Source: Phoronis australis
Lineage: Eukaryota; Animalia; Phoronida
Assembly (NCBI GenBank): GCA_002633005.1
Contig: NMRA01000729.1
Coordinates: forward strand, 1-64,000
Direction: 5' to 3'
DNA: 64,000 bases
Within the stretch, counting starts at the first letter, position 1, and every line of letters begins with the position of its first letter. The translations under genes and the position numbers were made by a program. Below, in pieces: positions 53,801 to 63,800 of this stretch. The notes under the pieces are model-generated. The model was not told the origin of the DNA. It worked only from the letters and a program-made list of their open reading frames with translations, and searched no databases.

Positions 53801-56620
53801 GAAGTACTAAACACATGTACATATTGCACACCACTTTTTAACGTCGTCACAAGTACTAATATCGACTAATCCTTACCCGTAACCAAAGCGACCACTCTAG
53901 AATACAAGTTCTTCTTGTTACCACCAACTGTGAAGTAATATGCCCCAAATGTGTCGCTGACCTTGAACACTTTGTGCTTCCTCGAACCACTTTCTCTAAC
54001 AGTGCCACCTGTTGGCGGTTTGGTTGGTATGGTAGTATTTATGTTGACATGCACCCCAGTCTCTATTGTGTCGCCTTCAATAATCACGTTCGTTCCACCG
54101 TACACGTAGATCTCACCTCCAGTCAGTGGGATCACTACACTGATGTTAAACAGTGTCTCTAGGAATAGACAGACAACGTTTTGCGCATCAAAAAAAAACT
54201 TTTGATGTAAACCATTTATAACTTTGAAATAGGTCTCAAATTCATCTTTAGGTCTTCTAAAGAACTGAAAATTCGCCGTACCAAGCTCTACTAGTTGTCT
54301 TGGTACGGCGTGTTGCCTTCTGCTCTCAACATTTTCAGTGAAAATAACGTACGTGCGTTCGGTAGGTATAGTTTGTTGTGAGAAAAGTGAGAATCTGCAT
54401 GATATTGCCATGTATTGCAATCAAACCACATGACCGCAACAGCGTCCTTAGTAATATTCTTGCGTCTACAAAACTCCACTCCGGTTTCAATAAAGATGGC
54501 GTATTTGATCGCGTGCCACTTCGCTGAGGTAGTTACTTCATTTCACAGCAAGAATGTTGATAGTCAGCATTTTTTAAAAATTGATCGGTAAATATATGCA
54601 AAAGTATTTCAAAATAACATTACTGCTACAATAGTAGTGAGGCATAAGTATAAATTATATATGAACCTTATTAATCGTACAGCAGACAGGTGAGTTACTG
54701 TTTCATACAGAGACGCTAGTTGACAGTACTCACTCCAATACATCACGTACATGAGAAAAGACAACTACTTCGCCATTACAATACGGTTACTTCCGTCTCG
54801 AAAAAACCCAGTTTTAATGCCAAAGGCGAGTTTATACCACTTGAAATATGTCGTTTGTTACAATGAAATAACACAATGTAGAAGTTAAATGTTGTTACAT
54901 AACGCCAGATCACATGTTGACACTGATGTCGTAACGCCATAACGTTCATGCTTGTACAATGCAGTTTTCCAGATAATTTTGTTGAAATATTTCGGACATC
55001 ATGGGAGCATACGCTCATATCTCACATTACTCTGTCGCATGTTCTAAAGTAAATAATCTAATTTGAGAATAACAAATAAGCACAACAACAGACCTTCACA
55101 AAACTTTGAATGGCTTAATTGTGCCATTTGTTAAATGCGTATTTTAAATAATTGCTTGGTATTACATACTGTTCGTTCTCATTAACTTCAGCTGTCTAAA
55201 ATATCTGCATGGATACACAGAATTCCATTGTATAAAATACTTTACCCCACTTTCTTGGACTTGTAAACTTTCTTGCTTTAAAATAATCGGATGAGAACCT
55301 GAATGAAGGGAATGGTAGTAGTGTGGCAAGTAAAGTATCATAGCATATCGTATTAGGTGACGATAATAATGTTATCAACTGGTAAAAAATCCTATACTTG
55401 AGATGTAAAAATTAATCGGAAAACTAATGCAACAGTTATGGATTATATAACAACACTCGTGAATAGGAGAGGTGTGTTTCATCTTGACATTTAGATATAA
55501 ATGTAGTTGAATATATGCAAATTACACTTTGAAACTGGCCCTGATTCCACAGACAAGATAACGAATTTGTTGGAGCTCTTGCGGCGTGGTCAATTGATGG
55601 GACATGAACCAACGACCTTACGAACGTGGGCCTGATGCTCTTCCCCAGAACACTTCCTTTATCTTTTTAAATGTTCAACATTGAAGAAACAAAACTTTTA
55701 AGATATCGGTTGATTACAATCATGATTACATTTGTCAATGTAAACAAATCGATGAAAAGTAGATAGTAATCGCACGGCAGGTTAGGTTTCTTATAAAGTC
55801 AGAAACAAAACTCACCAAAGTGTTTCTGCCCCGTACCGCGCGGTCTTGAAAAACTGCTTGTTATCTCTTGGTTCACTCCACGTGACTCTTCTGTCTTCAC
55901 TATTTTTACTCCATGGCAGTATTCGACCATCATTTAATGCAGCAGTACATACACTGGAGTCCTGAAAGATTTTTGTAAAAGAGTGGGTGCATGTGAATTC
56001 AAATCAATTTTACGAAAATTCTTAGGTCATCAGTTTCGACTTTCAATACTTGCCTGCGTATTTGTTGAGCTCATGTGTCGCCTCTTAATGTTGATATTCA
56101 ATATTCTATATTTGACGTTTTGAGGGTGTAAAGCGAGTCACCTGTGCAGTGGGTTGTGGGTAATTATTCATTCGTAGCAAAAGAAGTATTAACCAAGTTT
56201 GAATTACATAGACCGCGAGGCATTACTTTGCACTGGTGGCGAAAAATTTTCAGTTATGGAACCGACACACTGAATTCAATACCCAATTCAACATTCTAAT
56301 CTCACTGACCAATCATTTCTGTAGCTTTCAGTTTTTTAGGAAAAGCTAGTAACCTCATGAGCACACTCGCAATACACTCACTTTCAACTCGTGTGACTTT
56401 GCTATATCTTATTTTTACTCGGGAAACTGAGGATACAGTACATAATCCTGAATATTCGGTCCGTACGTTCTGTCAGCCAAAATAAAATCTCATAAATCTT
56501 CTAGCATGCGCATGCACTAAATTCGGCTATCATTAAAATTATAAGAAACTGACACTTACCCAAGAATACAAGTAAGTTCCCCACGCTTTTTTGTGACATT
56601 CTTGCTGCGGACAAGTGAAG
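5791..56620 (-). CDS. Multi-exon receptor-type tyrosine phosphatase: LCCL-Ig(Tie)x2-EGFx5-FN3x6(+1)-TM-PTP D1-PTP D2 (5' exons/signal peptide not located)
   Basis: GT-AG exons, phase-compatible except where noted: 56560-56620, 55816-55961, 55246-55298, 53877-54158, 48379-48639, 47899-48030, 46575-46721, 44029-44160, 41123-41254, 38852-38986, 38242-38520, 37682-37743, 36909-37128, 35018-35326, 34413-34715, 33470-33687, ~32648-32701 (donor unclear), 31411-31517, 29331-29505, 24292-24400, 23556-23817, 23344-23407, 23004-23106, 22542-22606, 20085-20275, 19087-19174, 18394-18507, 17689-17786, 17171-17290, 16787-16950, 14077-14212, 12285-12419, 11781-11880, 11552-11628, 10015-10149, 9452-9586, 7287-7450, 6140-6275, 5791-5865 (TAG). 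Confidence 0.9.
8530..8930. mobile_element. PIF/Harbinger-type MITE
   Basis: TIRs of about 110 bp, beginning GGCCCGGTCT and ending AGACCGGGCC, flanked by a 3-bp CAG TSD (8527-8529, 8931-8933). Confidence 0.75.
11341..11558. repeat. 17-bp minisatellite (about 12 units, ACTTACATTGACACGGT) overlapping a splice donor
   Basis: Directly visible tandem units. On the minus strand each unit is GTCAAT|GTRAGTACCGT, and the first unit is the real donor of exon 11552-11628. Confidence 0.9.
12285..19174 (-). CDS. RPTP membrane-proximal D1 catalytic phosphatase domain exons
   Basis: [60 protein letters not shown]|SAGVGRTG (split by a phase-2 intron), [11 protein letters not shown]|DQYKFIY. Exon sizes of 88/98/164/136 bp are typical of PTP genes. 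Confidence 0.95.
14286..14335. other. Assembly gap (50 N) in the intron splitting the HC|SAG catalytic motif
   Basis: Run of N flanked by C-rich tracts. Confidence 0.99.
20085..23106 (-). CDS. RPTP transmembrane and cytoplasmic juxtamembrane exons
   Basis: Exon 23004-23106 encodes [23 protein letters not shown], followed by the basic stop-transfer RRRRSIKKK (22542-22606). Exon 20085-20275 encodes AYANV...PVYEDF...PIKIEDL...EYE, leading into the D1 wedge. Confidence 0.88.
20770..21595. repeat. Diverged long inverted repeat (old foldback/MITE-like element)
   Basis: ~20770-20970 (..cctgcaaacacc..aaaacacga..ccgccaaacac) is an imperfect reverse complement of ~21398-21595 (gtgtttggcgg..tcgtgtttt..ggtgtttgcagg). 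Confidence 0.55.
23344..38520 (-). CDS. RPTP fibronectin type III array (about 6 repeats) plus juxtamembrane FN3-like domain
   Basis: Repeated W..P...NG.I..Y and L.P..Y...V.A motifs in phase-1 exons (e.g. SISWKPP...YKIQH...[16 protein letters not shown]; [19 protein letters not shown]). Exon 23556-23817 has FYLVVVE...[17 protein letters not shown]...YRFYL, typical of RPTP juxtamembrane ectodomains. Confidence 0.9.
25650..28040 (+). mobile_element. Decayed non-LTR retrotransposon (LINE; APE-RT-CCHC, RTE-X-like) ORF2, antisense to the host gene
   Basis: Frameshifted motifs: [18 protein letters not shown] (APE); [88 protein letters not shown] (RT); [11 protein letters not shown] (C-terminal zinc knuckle). 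Many stops and an internal deletion. Confidence 0.9.
35632..35730. repeat. (TATG)n/(TA)n microsatellite
   Basis: Directly visible. It accounts for the spurious YVCM/HTYI ORFs. Confidence 0.95.
35733..36192. mobile_element. Foldback/MITE element with ~190-bp highly similar inverted arms
   Basis: 35733-~35925 (ttcacagaggaagaacgcacagaaaatacaacagac...aaactaaattt) is the reverse complement of ~35999-36192, with a spacer of about 70 bp. Confidence 0.85.
38852..48030 (-). CDS. Five EGF/EGF-laminin repeat exons; the first two are Tie-type
   Basis: [41 protein letters not shown] (47899-48030) and [15 protein letters not shown]...[19 protein letters not shown] (46575-46721) resemble Tie EGF1/EGF2. 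Three MEGF-like repeats follow at 44029-44160, 41123-41254 and 38852-38986. All are phase 1-1 exons. Confidence 0.9.
40629..45395. repeat. Tandem segmental duplication of an EGF exon plus flanking intron (unit A ~40629-41682; unit B ~41683-45395 with insertions)
   Basis: Shared blocks: tatgcaaccagtcaaacacat, aatgccagtgtgcttaaccttgact, actagtgtctgaactaca, the 132-bp exon, tttagaatgaaaac..caagaccataatgt, ttttatgctc.gaca.t.ctatgtttag. Confidence 0.9.
41893..43541 (+). mobile_element. Non-autonomous Kolobok-type DNA transposon, copy 2
   Basis: TTAA at 41889-41892 and 43542-43545; TIR AGTTGAATGCCACCC / GGGTGGTATGCTCCT. The paralogous empty site cagcgc-TTAA-gatatacaaca is at ~40825-40845. Confidence 0.9.
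47025..47160. repeat. Degenerate (ATC/GTC)n trinucleotide low-complexity tract
   Basis: Directly visible. It produces the spurious poly-Ile ORF 46924-47199. Confidence 0.85.
48379..54158 (-). CDS. Two Tie-like Ig domain exons (53877-54158, 48379-48639)
   Basis: The second exon has [12 protein letters not shown]...W.KDG...GGVY...MLRLIVR, ending in RLIVR immediately before EGF1 as in Tie2 Ig2. The first exon has FGAYYF, reminiscent of Tie Ig1 (GAYFC). Splice sites are phase 1. Confidence 0.7.
50100..50740 (+). mobile_element. Ty3/Gypsy LTR-retrotransposon pol (RT) fragment, decayed
   Basis: [101 protein letters not shown], with frameshifts. Confidence 0.88.
51737..51832. repeat. (GT/GC)n dinucleotide repeat
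   Basis: Directly visible. Confidence 0.85.
52209..52590. mobile_element. Second Penelope-like 3'-end remnant (same family as 1481-3581), again as oppositely oriented pieces
   Basis: 52209-52314 matches the minus-strand GIY-YIG tail (gagggcgctgagcgttgatatttatggattctt). ~52488-52590 matches the plus-strand tail (gaaccaggaccgag..cccgtgcattcgaacattct..ctcctcacacattgacgaagacctggcg). Confidence 0.6.
55246..56620 (-). CDS. LCCL domain exons (56560-56620, 55816-55961, 55246-55298)
   Basis: Spliced [20 protein letters not shown]|[14 protein letters not shown] matches the LCCL consensus CP..C....VWGT..Y..DSSIC.AA.H.G.I. Exon phases (2-0, 0-2, 2-1) chain in frame into the Ig exon. Confidence 0.75.
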
Positions 56621-57417
56621 CTTGAAAGAGACATTAGATGAGTTAGTAGAGTAGAGACAACAACTGGCAATTTCACGTGGAACACTTTGCGTCACTAGAG
56701 GAAAGCTGTTAAGATCCCAACAGTCAAAAATAAAATTGAATTTAGACGACTTGTCGTCATAAGATGGTCTCAATTTGTTCGTTATTTAGATTAGAAGGGG
56801 TAACATTGACGAGAACTCGGTGTTCGTTATAGCTCGACTACTAACTCAGTACTTTGACTTAACACAGTTGTTAGTTTCCGTGCCAATAAGCCTTCTAAAG
56901 AAAGCTTTGATGGCAAAGTCACGTTGGAAGCAAACAAAACCTTCCAAGAATATATAAAACAGTCACTGATAACTGTTTGCGAGTTGTTCAAGCTCAAAAT
57001 TACAAATTAACCAAATTATGATCGGTTTTAAATTTGGATTATTGCGTTTCAACTTGCCTTATGGTAAAGGTACAACTAATAAGATCACTTGTGGTTATTA
57101 AGTAAGCACCACTCTCTCTGATTAATGTCTGGTTGATATGGTTTAAACTAGCCAATGGAAAGCCAGGTTACTTGCAACTTTATACAGGTCTTCTTCCAGC
57201 ATGGGTCAGTAGTTAAACTGGTACGTATAAGTTAAGTTCCACACGAACTCTGTTATACATGTCGAAACACTTGCTATAGTTAAACTTTGCAGTACTATCA
57301 AATTTAGATCACAACCACATTCTATTCTCATGAAACAGTTAGGTTCACATTGGCATAGACCTGTTCATTTGTCTTTCCGGATTTCCCGACATTCACTTCA
57401 TAAAGGCACATGACTCC

Positions 57418-57808
57418 GTGCCTGCTTGAATGAAACAGTCCCAAACAAGGGCTCATCAAAGCTCCCTAAATCTTTTGGGTATCTGTGTCCTTCTTTAAAT
57501 CTGGTGTTATATTTTTTACCCGTTTATCTTTATTACGAGCTTCTCTTTGACTGAAGACATTTGCTAATAACATAACTAAAAACTGAGGTCTTGAGTCAAA
57601 CAAATCATAAATAGTAACCAGCATGAAAAGATCCTTTCTTGTGTCAAATAATATTTAGAGTTCAACTCATTCTCGATTTGTTTCAAGTACAAAAAATGAC
57701 TTAGTAAGGAGACTCAAACAGCATAAAAGAACAAGCCCAGAAATACGCAGTAGGCTTAGGGAGCTTAGTTGAGTCCCTATTTGGGACAGTTTCATGTAAG
57801 AGGGCACA
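57418..57808. mobile_element. MITE-like element with imperfect TIRs
   Basis: gtgcctgcttgaatgaaacagtcccaaacaagggctca..agctccctaa versus ttagggagct..tgagtccctatttgggacagtttcatgtaagagggcac. Confidence 0.6.
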
Positions 57809-60299
57809 TGCGTCTCTCCAGTAATCAAGTCCTAGTATGCTAAAATTGGCTGATGACACATCATCCCAAGCGATTTATATACTTATTTGGCTGTACGTCA
57901 TAACGACGCTGAAAAGGCGTGTGCTTTCACGAAGTACTGTAAAAAGCAAGATTTGATGAAAAATACACATTTTATGAAGTTTACACTCATTAGGAGAGCT
58001 GCAAATTACCTTTATTAAGCCATGAGGACATTGAAGATGAAACGATACGAAATATAAGGTAATAGGCTTGTACTCAACTTTGAAGTTATTGCACTTCTTC
58101 GGTTATGACGTCAGTTTTTATTAGTTGTTAGTAGCCATAATGTGTACCAGCACAATTACTAAAGTGTTGACATGTTATGGAAATATTGAAGAACACAATA
58201 AAACATATAGCAAGTGTTGCGAAGGTGACAATAGAAAGCATTCCTGCTTATTCGACCTCCTGAACAGCCAAACGGAAGTGATTTGCGTGATCTAAATCCG
58301 ACTGTTGCGAAATACCTCGTGACCAATGAATAGACTGACAGAACAGCTCTGAGTGCAAATAAGTGACCTGGTGGCACTGAGTGAAATTGATGAAGTGAAA
58401 ATATATGCCATAGTTTGACGGTACTGAGAGACATCATCCAGCCTCCAATCACTAGCGGTTTCTTAAGGAAGTTGCAAATTTCCAAAAGAAACATCATTAA
58501 AAACAAATAACTTAATATATGGTAATAATGCCGACCCAAAACGTAAATATACATGGACAAGGAAATGGCCAGAGTGTCGGTGTTCAAACTTTTCCCGCTC
58601 TCCTTGGGTTGTCGTTTTACCTTTAGCTACATATCTGTTCGATCTCCGAATTCTCGTTGCCTATTTTTTCTCCTGGCGAATTTCATAAGCCTTGCTACTA
58701 ACAGTTTCCTGATTTTTGTCCGTCAGCGAATCAGTTCTAAACCTCGCGTTCTCTATGAACCTCCGTGCGACTTTACTTTTCCATAAACATTTATTTTGTG
58801 ATAATGGGATCGTGGAATCTATGTCTCGCTTATGCCGAAGCGTAAGATGAATTTTTGCAATAAGTACTGTTGAACCGTGAACAGTCTTTGTTTCCACACT
58901 TTTTATCATAGTTCTCATCTTACCCGTTAAATCCAGTCCCTTTCTTGTTTCACGCCATAATGCAAAAGGTTGCGTTTTCTGTTTTGCACTTTCCCATATC
59001 TTGTACGGTCATTGACACTTTCAAACATTGTCTCATTCGTTTGGATATCAGTAATCGTGATTTCCAGCTAGTCTATTTGAAAATAGAGGGCTTTACCCAT
59101 GGCGTCTATTTTCTTACTCGGCGAAATTTCCAAGTCCACTGTTAAGACATTAAAGGAGCATGCCACCCAAAAAACAACCTCATTTGTATCAATTTAGATC
59201 GAGTAGTTCTCCTCGATAGCGGCACGTACGGTTGCGTTACCTGACACCTGACGGCAGACGGAGGTGATGAAATTTTCCACTGACGTCATCGGTTTCACAC
59301 GCAGTCTGTTCAGCAGTTCGCAACACGGGTAACTGGTGTCCGCTTATCGCTTGAATTCATCGTTTAACACCAATAAATCATCAAACTTCGATGTAAAACC
59401 CTTAAAAATACACCGAGTTCTTATAAAAACGTGTTGTCTTATTTCATTGTTACGGATTTATTGGTATTTGGACACACCGTAGCCAACAAATTTCGGCAGT
59501 CCAATTTACCAAGGTCCGTATCAGGAGTTCGTGTTCTGTTTGGAGATAAATTGTAAGTATTTTTCCGTGAAATACAGACAGTAGGACCTAGATCTGTGTT
59601 GTTTAGACTTGTTTTTTAGTTCTAAACACAAAAAACGCTTGTTATCCCGGCCAGTGTCTCGGAACCCGATCAGGCCCGTCGCGGCCGGTCGACTGACTCG
59701 TTACTGATGCCGGCCAGTGGCTCGGAACCCAATCGCGACCGGACTGAACACATCACGAACATTAACCAGCCAAAGTTGGAAACTAAGCTTGAAGTCAAGA
59801 AAATACTATACTAGTGAGCTAAAGAAGTAATGTGCACGTGATAATTTTGGTGAAGCCACGAAACTGCAAATCTACTAATGCCTACTCGTCGGGGACCGTG
59901 AATTCAGGTTCCCGTTTGGCCACAGAACCGTCAGGGCAGAAGTTGTACATTGACAATCATTATTTGAATAATGTATATGTAAATAAAGATTCCCCTAACA
60001 CCTGGCCGTGGGATGGAATATCGAGTTATTGTTTCACAACAGATTCTGTCAGCAAACACTGAATTAGCTTGCGCTCACACGGCCTCGGTGTCCGGTCAAA
60101 TTAGTTTTATTGCACCTAAAGCCGGTAACGCAGTGATTTATTCATTGCTGGCTTCTCAAATCATTTGCACTCACGAACACTCCAAAGGCATTACAAATTG
60201 CATCTAATGGGACACACTTTCTTTCAGTTTTATATATAAGTATTGGTTAGGGTGAGAATAATTCATTTTGAAACAGAACGCTTAGTAATAAACGTCAAC

Positions 60300-60520
60300 A
60301 TGGCAACTCGCAATCCCGACTTGGAGGAGTACTCATCTGACGAAGACTTCCCAGGTAGATCGTTAGTTTTCTCAGGATATCAGTTCGAACCAGCTAGAGT
60401 ACACTGATCAAGAAGTATTAGAGAGGCGCCGTGAACGTGCACAAACAATGGAGCACATGGATAGTTCCGAAAACCGTCTCATGGTGTCAGTGCGCTAACT
60501 GCACCATAATGGAAACAACT
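60300..60520 (+). pseudogene. KolX-like accessory gene remnant of the Kolobok element
   Basis: MATRNPDLEEYSSDEDF...GYQFEP / EYTDQEVLERRR / SWCQCANCTIMETT across frameshifts. The YxFEP and WCxCxxCxxM motifs are what I recall for KolX and P2X7-ballast-like proteins. Confidence 0.6.
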
Positions 60521-60846
60521 GATCCACGTTTCTTTGCTTCCTGCCTGCCGAACGCAAACACACTAGGCACAGTATCTGACTTCAGCCTCGGTTGCTTTTT
60601 CTGCCCTGGCATGAGCTGTTTGGCAAGCCGGAATTCGTCAGTGAAATCACTGTCCACGAAATGTCGGCCACAGACACGGAGATGTTTCACGGCCTCGTAC
60701 TTGGTATGAACTCCGTACTTGTCCTTTTTCACTGCCGCGAGCCACTTCCGAAGCATTTCGGGCTCTCGAGGAAATCGAAAAAACGATGTACCCGCTTTCC
60801 TCGCCGCTTCATAGTTCGAACAGGCAGGAACGACACACCACACCAT
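60487..60846 (-). CDS. THAP zinc-finger ORF (N-terminus of a Kolobok transposase, truncated by internal deletion)
   Basis: MVWCVVPACSN...FFRFPREPEMLRKWLAAV...RVCGRHFVDSDF...RLKSDTVPSVF shows the C2CH ligands, conserved P/W/F and an AVPTIF-like box. No DDE domain follows. Confidence 0.8.
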   Translation of the reverse strand: MVWCVVPACSNYEAARKAGTSFFRFPREPEMLRKWLAAVKKDKYGVHTKYEAVKHLRVCGRHFVDSDFTDEFRLAKQLMPGQKKQPRLKSDTVPSVFAFGRQEAKKRGSVVSIMVQLAH

Positions 60847-63800
60847 GGCGGAATTCACTCTGCATACGAACCACTGACGTCGCTGCGGACTTTCTCACCT
60901 TCCTCACAGGCTAACGCGACACCTCTCGGCAAGGTAAGGTCGACCGTGTACGAGCCGATGTTGCCCCAGACCGATTAAGACGGTAAAAAAGACTAATTAA
61001 ATCGGGTGGCATTAGCCTTTAACTTCCCTTCAATCCGTTGAAGTTGACGCATCTCCATACTTTGTGATTGAACAACTATCACTCTACTTCAACATTTTTG
61101 TAGTTGAAGTGCCATGTCTCATCGTGTCGGTCGTGAGCTCAAAACAACACATCCAAATTACCCCTCACCTGAACCCGAAGTCGAAATGACGTGTTTCTAA
61201 ATTGAAATTGAGACTGGATGGCTTGGCCTCTATTCAAATATAATCCCAAAATATATTGCCTTCCTTGCAGGATTTTATGATATGCCACCAAGCAAGTTCT
61301 TCAACAGCGACGCGACTCCTGTTAATTCCTTGTCGTTGTTGCTAAATAGCACATACATGTACAATTTACGCAACCGGGTCCAGGGCATTTTGTAGTAGAT
61401 GACATAAGTAAATAGACATTGATATGTCTAATGGGGCCGAGTATCACCTTCTTACGGATAAGTACCCGTGACAGATTTTAGTAGTGATGTTGAATTGGAA
61501 AGAATAAAGGGATTCATATTCTAAGCTTGACAATTGATGAAGATGAACAAACATACACTTGACTGGTCTAGGGTCTTGTCATGCTTCAGTGTAGAGGAGG
61601 TCTTCTTCACTCTTTTAAATGCGCAATTGCACAGGTTGTCGTCATCACAAATTCAAAATATTGCTCCTGTTTTTGTCAAGCTATCTATAAAACTTTGGTG
61701 TGCATCTATAGTATTAGGTATACGCATAATTTATGTCGTTGTAATGTTTATGTTTTCATAAATGAGCAGCCTGATCAATTGATTTGGGGGAGGTGACTTT
61801 CGAAAGTGTTCAATTGGTTATCGTTTATCTGATAGAGCCAACAGCGTTTGATTGATGTAGTTTTAAGTCTTCAGAATTCCGCTGACATGTAGCGTGTGTA
61901 TCTTGTTAAAGCGTTCTAATTTCAAATACCTTGTTACCACGAGCTCTGAATTTTACAGGATTTCTAAAATAGTTTAAGCATGACTGCTTGCTTCTACCAC
62001 GACAGCTATCAAGTCTTTACTTGGTGATCTTGATTGTGAAAGTACCCGATCACGATGGTAACGATACCCAAGTCAGATTAGCAACACCGCTAACTTGCAG
62101 AACGCACTCTGTGTAAGGTTGCCTGCTTGCAACACGAATTCGCTGTTAAACTTTTAATTGATGATTTTGACTGGCAAAATATTTGGTGACCACGGCTTCC
62201 AAGGAGTTGCCATAAAAAATATAACTCTTGATTTTGTCCGACTGACGAGCGCTGCAGGCGATAAATAATTGCATCATCTGTTTTGGCCTGTATACTTGCG
62301 AGTTCTGACACGTGGTGACGTTTGACTGTTGACACCAAAAAGCTCTGATATCGAAATCGAAAATTTCGCTGGTGATCTGTACACTGGGCGAAATTTGAGG
62401 GCCAAGCTTTTCGGAGAGCAAAAGTGATACGATCTTTGCCGCATGAAACCTGACTCAGTGTACCCGCGAAACGTTCGCAGTGACACTGTTAGATGTTTCA
62501 TACACCTTGCGACTTATCCAGTCAGGACCGTAGCTAATAACAAGCGGCTTTACCAGATTGTGCATACCCAAATATTCGTACTTTTATATGTGCGTGTTTT
62601 GGTCTCGATTGAAGAGACGGAAACGCATATTTTCGACAATGAAACCATCGAAAGTGTTAAGTTAATAATTGTTCAAAGACTTATACCTTCGTTCAGACCC
62701 CTCTCCGAATTGTTTGTCACATCCATCAGGTGTTGATGCGGTGGTGTGACGTAGGATCAGACCTGAAACGACAAGTTTTGATGTTATGGTAGTTGTCATG
62801 TTGTTTAGCCCACTGTGAGTTGAAACCAGAAAACATTTTAATGAAACAGCCTCAGAGATAAGGACTGTAGGAATATATTGGCGAATACGATAATCTAACA
62901 GACTGAATTGAGTTAAACGAGTTTCGGCAGGAAAACATTACAAGTTTATTATTATTATCATTATTATTATCATAATCATTATTATTATCATTATTATTAA
63001 GGATATGACAAGTGCCAAATCAACGATTTTAGCTATTTTTTCAAAGTAATTCAATAATTACTGTTCAAGTGAGAAAATAACAATTCGCTCCATTAGAAAT
63101 AGTGAACCTTTAGCCACAGAATAAATTTCATTAATGACATGTATTAAGAGTGTACTTGTACTTTGAAAATGTTAACTTCAACGCACGCCGCTGGAAATTT
63201 CGAAACGCGCAGCCAAATGTACCGTTGGTGCATACATGTAGATGGCGCTGAAGTCAAATATACACAAACTTCCATTTTAGATGTCAGTTACAGGTTGAGC
63301 ACGCTTGCGCTCCAGGTGAAATGACCTGAGTGTAACTGGTAATTCTGATCTTTTTCGTCTTTTAAGTAATTGACTTTTCTTCTTTTATTTAAACCAACAC
63401 CTTCTTTAATTTCGGAAATGTCCGAAAAAGTGAACTTCATTTTTTGAATAACGGAAAAGGGAGTTCTGTCGCAAACAAATTAATTTTTAATGCAAGGCAT
63501 AACTTCAAATTATATGAAAAATATTATAATAATATTCCAATCACGGTGGAAACTTGTTTTTCACTCCAACAACACAACAACTTGTATGAGCAATGACATT
63601 TTTAAACCAACAGCATCTTCATCGTCGCAATCGCATAAAGTTACAATTAAGTCTAAAAGTTCATATTAATGGGTGAAATAAACGACTGAGTTCAAAGTAC
63701 GACTTCGTGAGAAGACTTTTGTTTAAAAGTCAACAAAAGTTTTCCAAGATCTTGTTTGTGCATTTTTCATGTGAATGGTGTTCTTACGGGGACGCTCTTT

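Larger units (their letters stand above)
59154..61018 (-). mobile_element. Non-autonomous Kolobok-type DNA transposon, copy 3 (most complete; opposite orientation)
   Basis: TTAA at 59150-59153 and 61019-61022; TIR AGGAGCATGCCACCC / GGGTGGCATTAGCCT; complete THAP ORF and a convergent KolX-like remnant. Confidence 0.9.

Noticed and set aside
55575-55645. tRNA-like/SINE head (minus strand, B-box-like ggttcatgtccc); similar hint near 13150
   Set aside because: No convincing cloverleaf or second copy; at most a decayed SINE.
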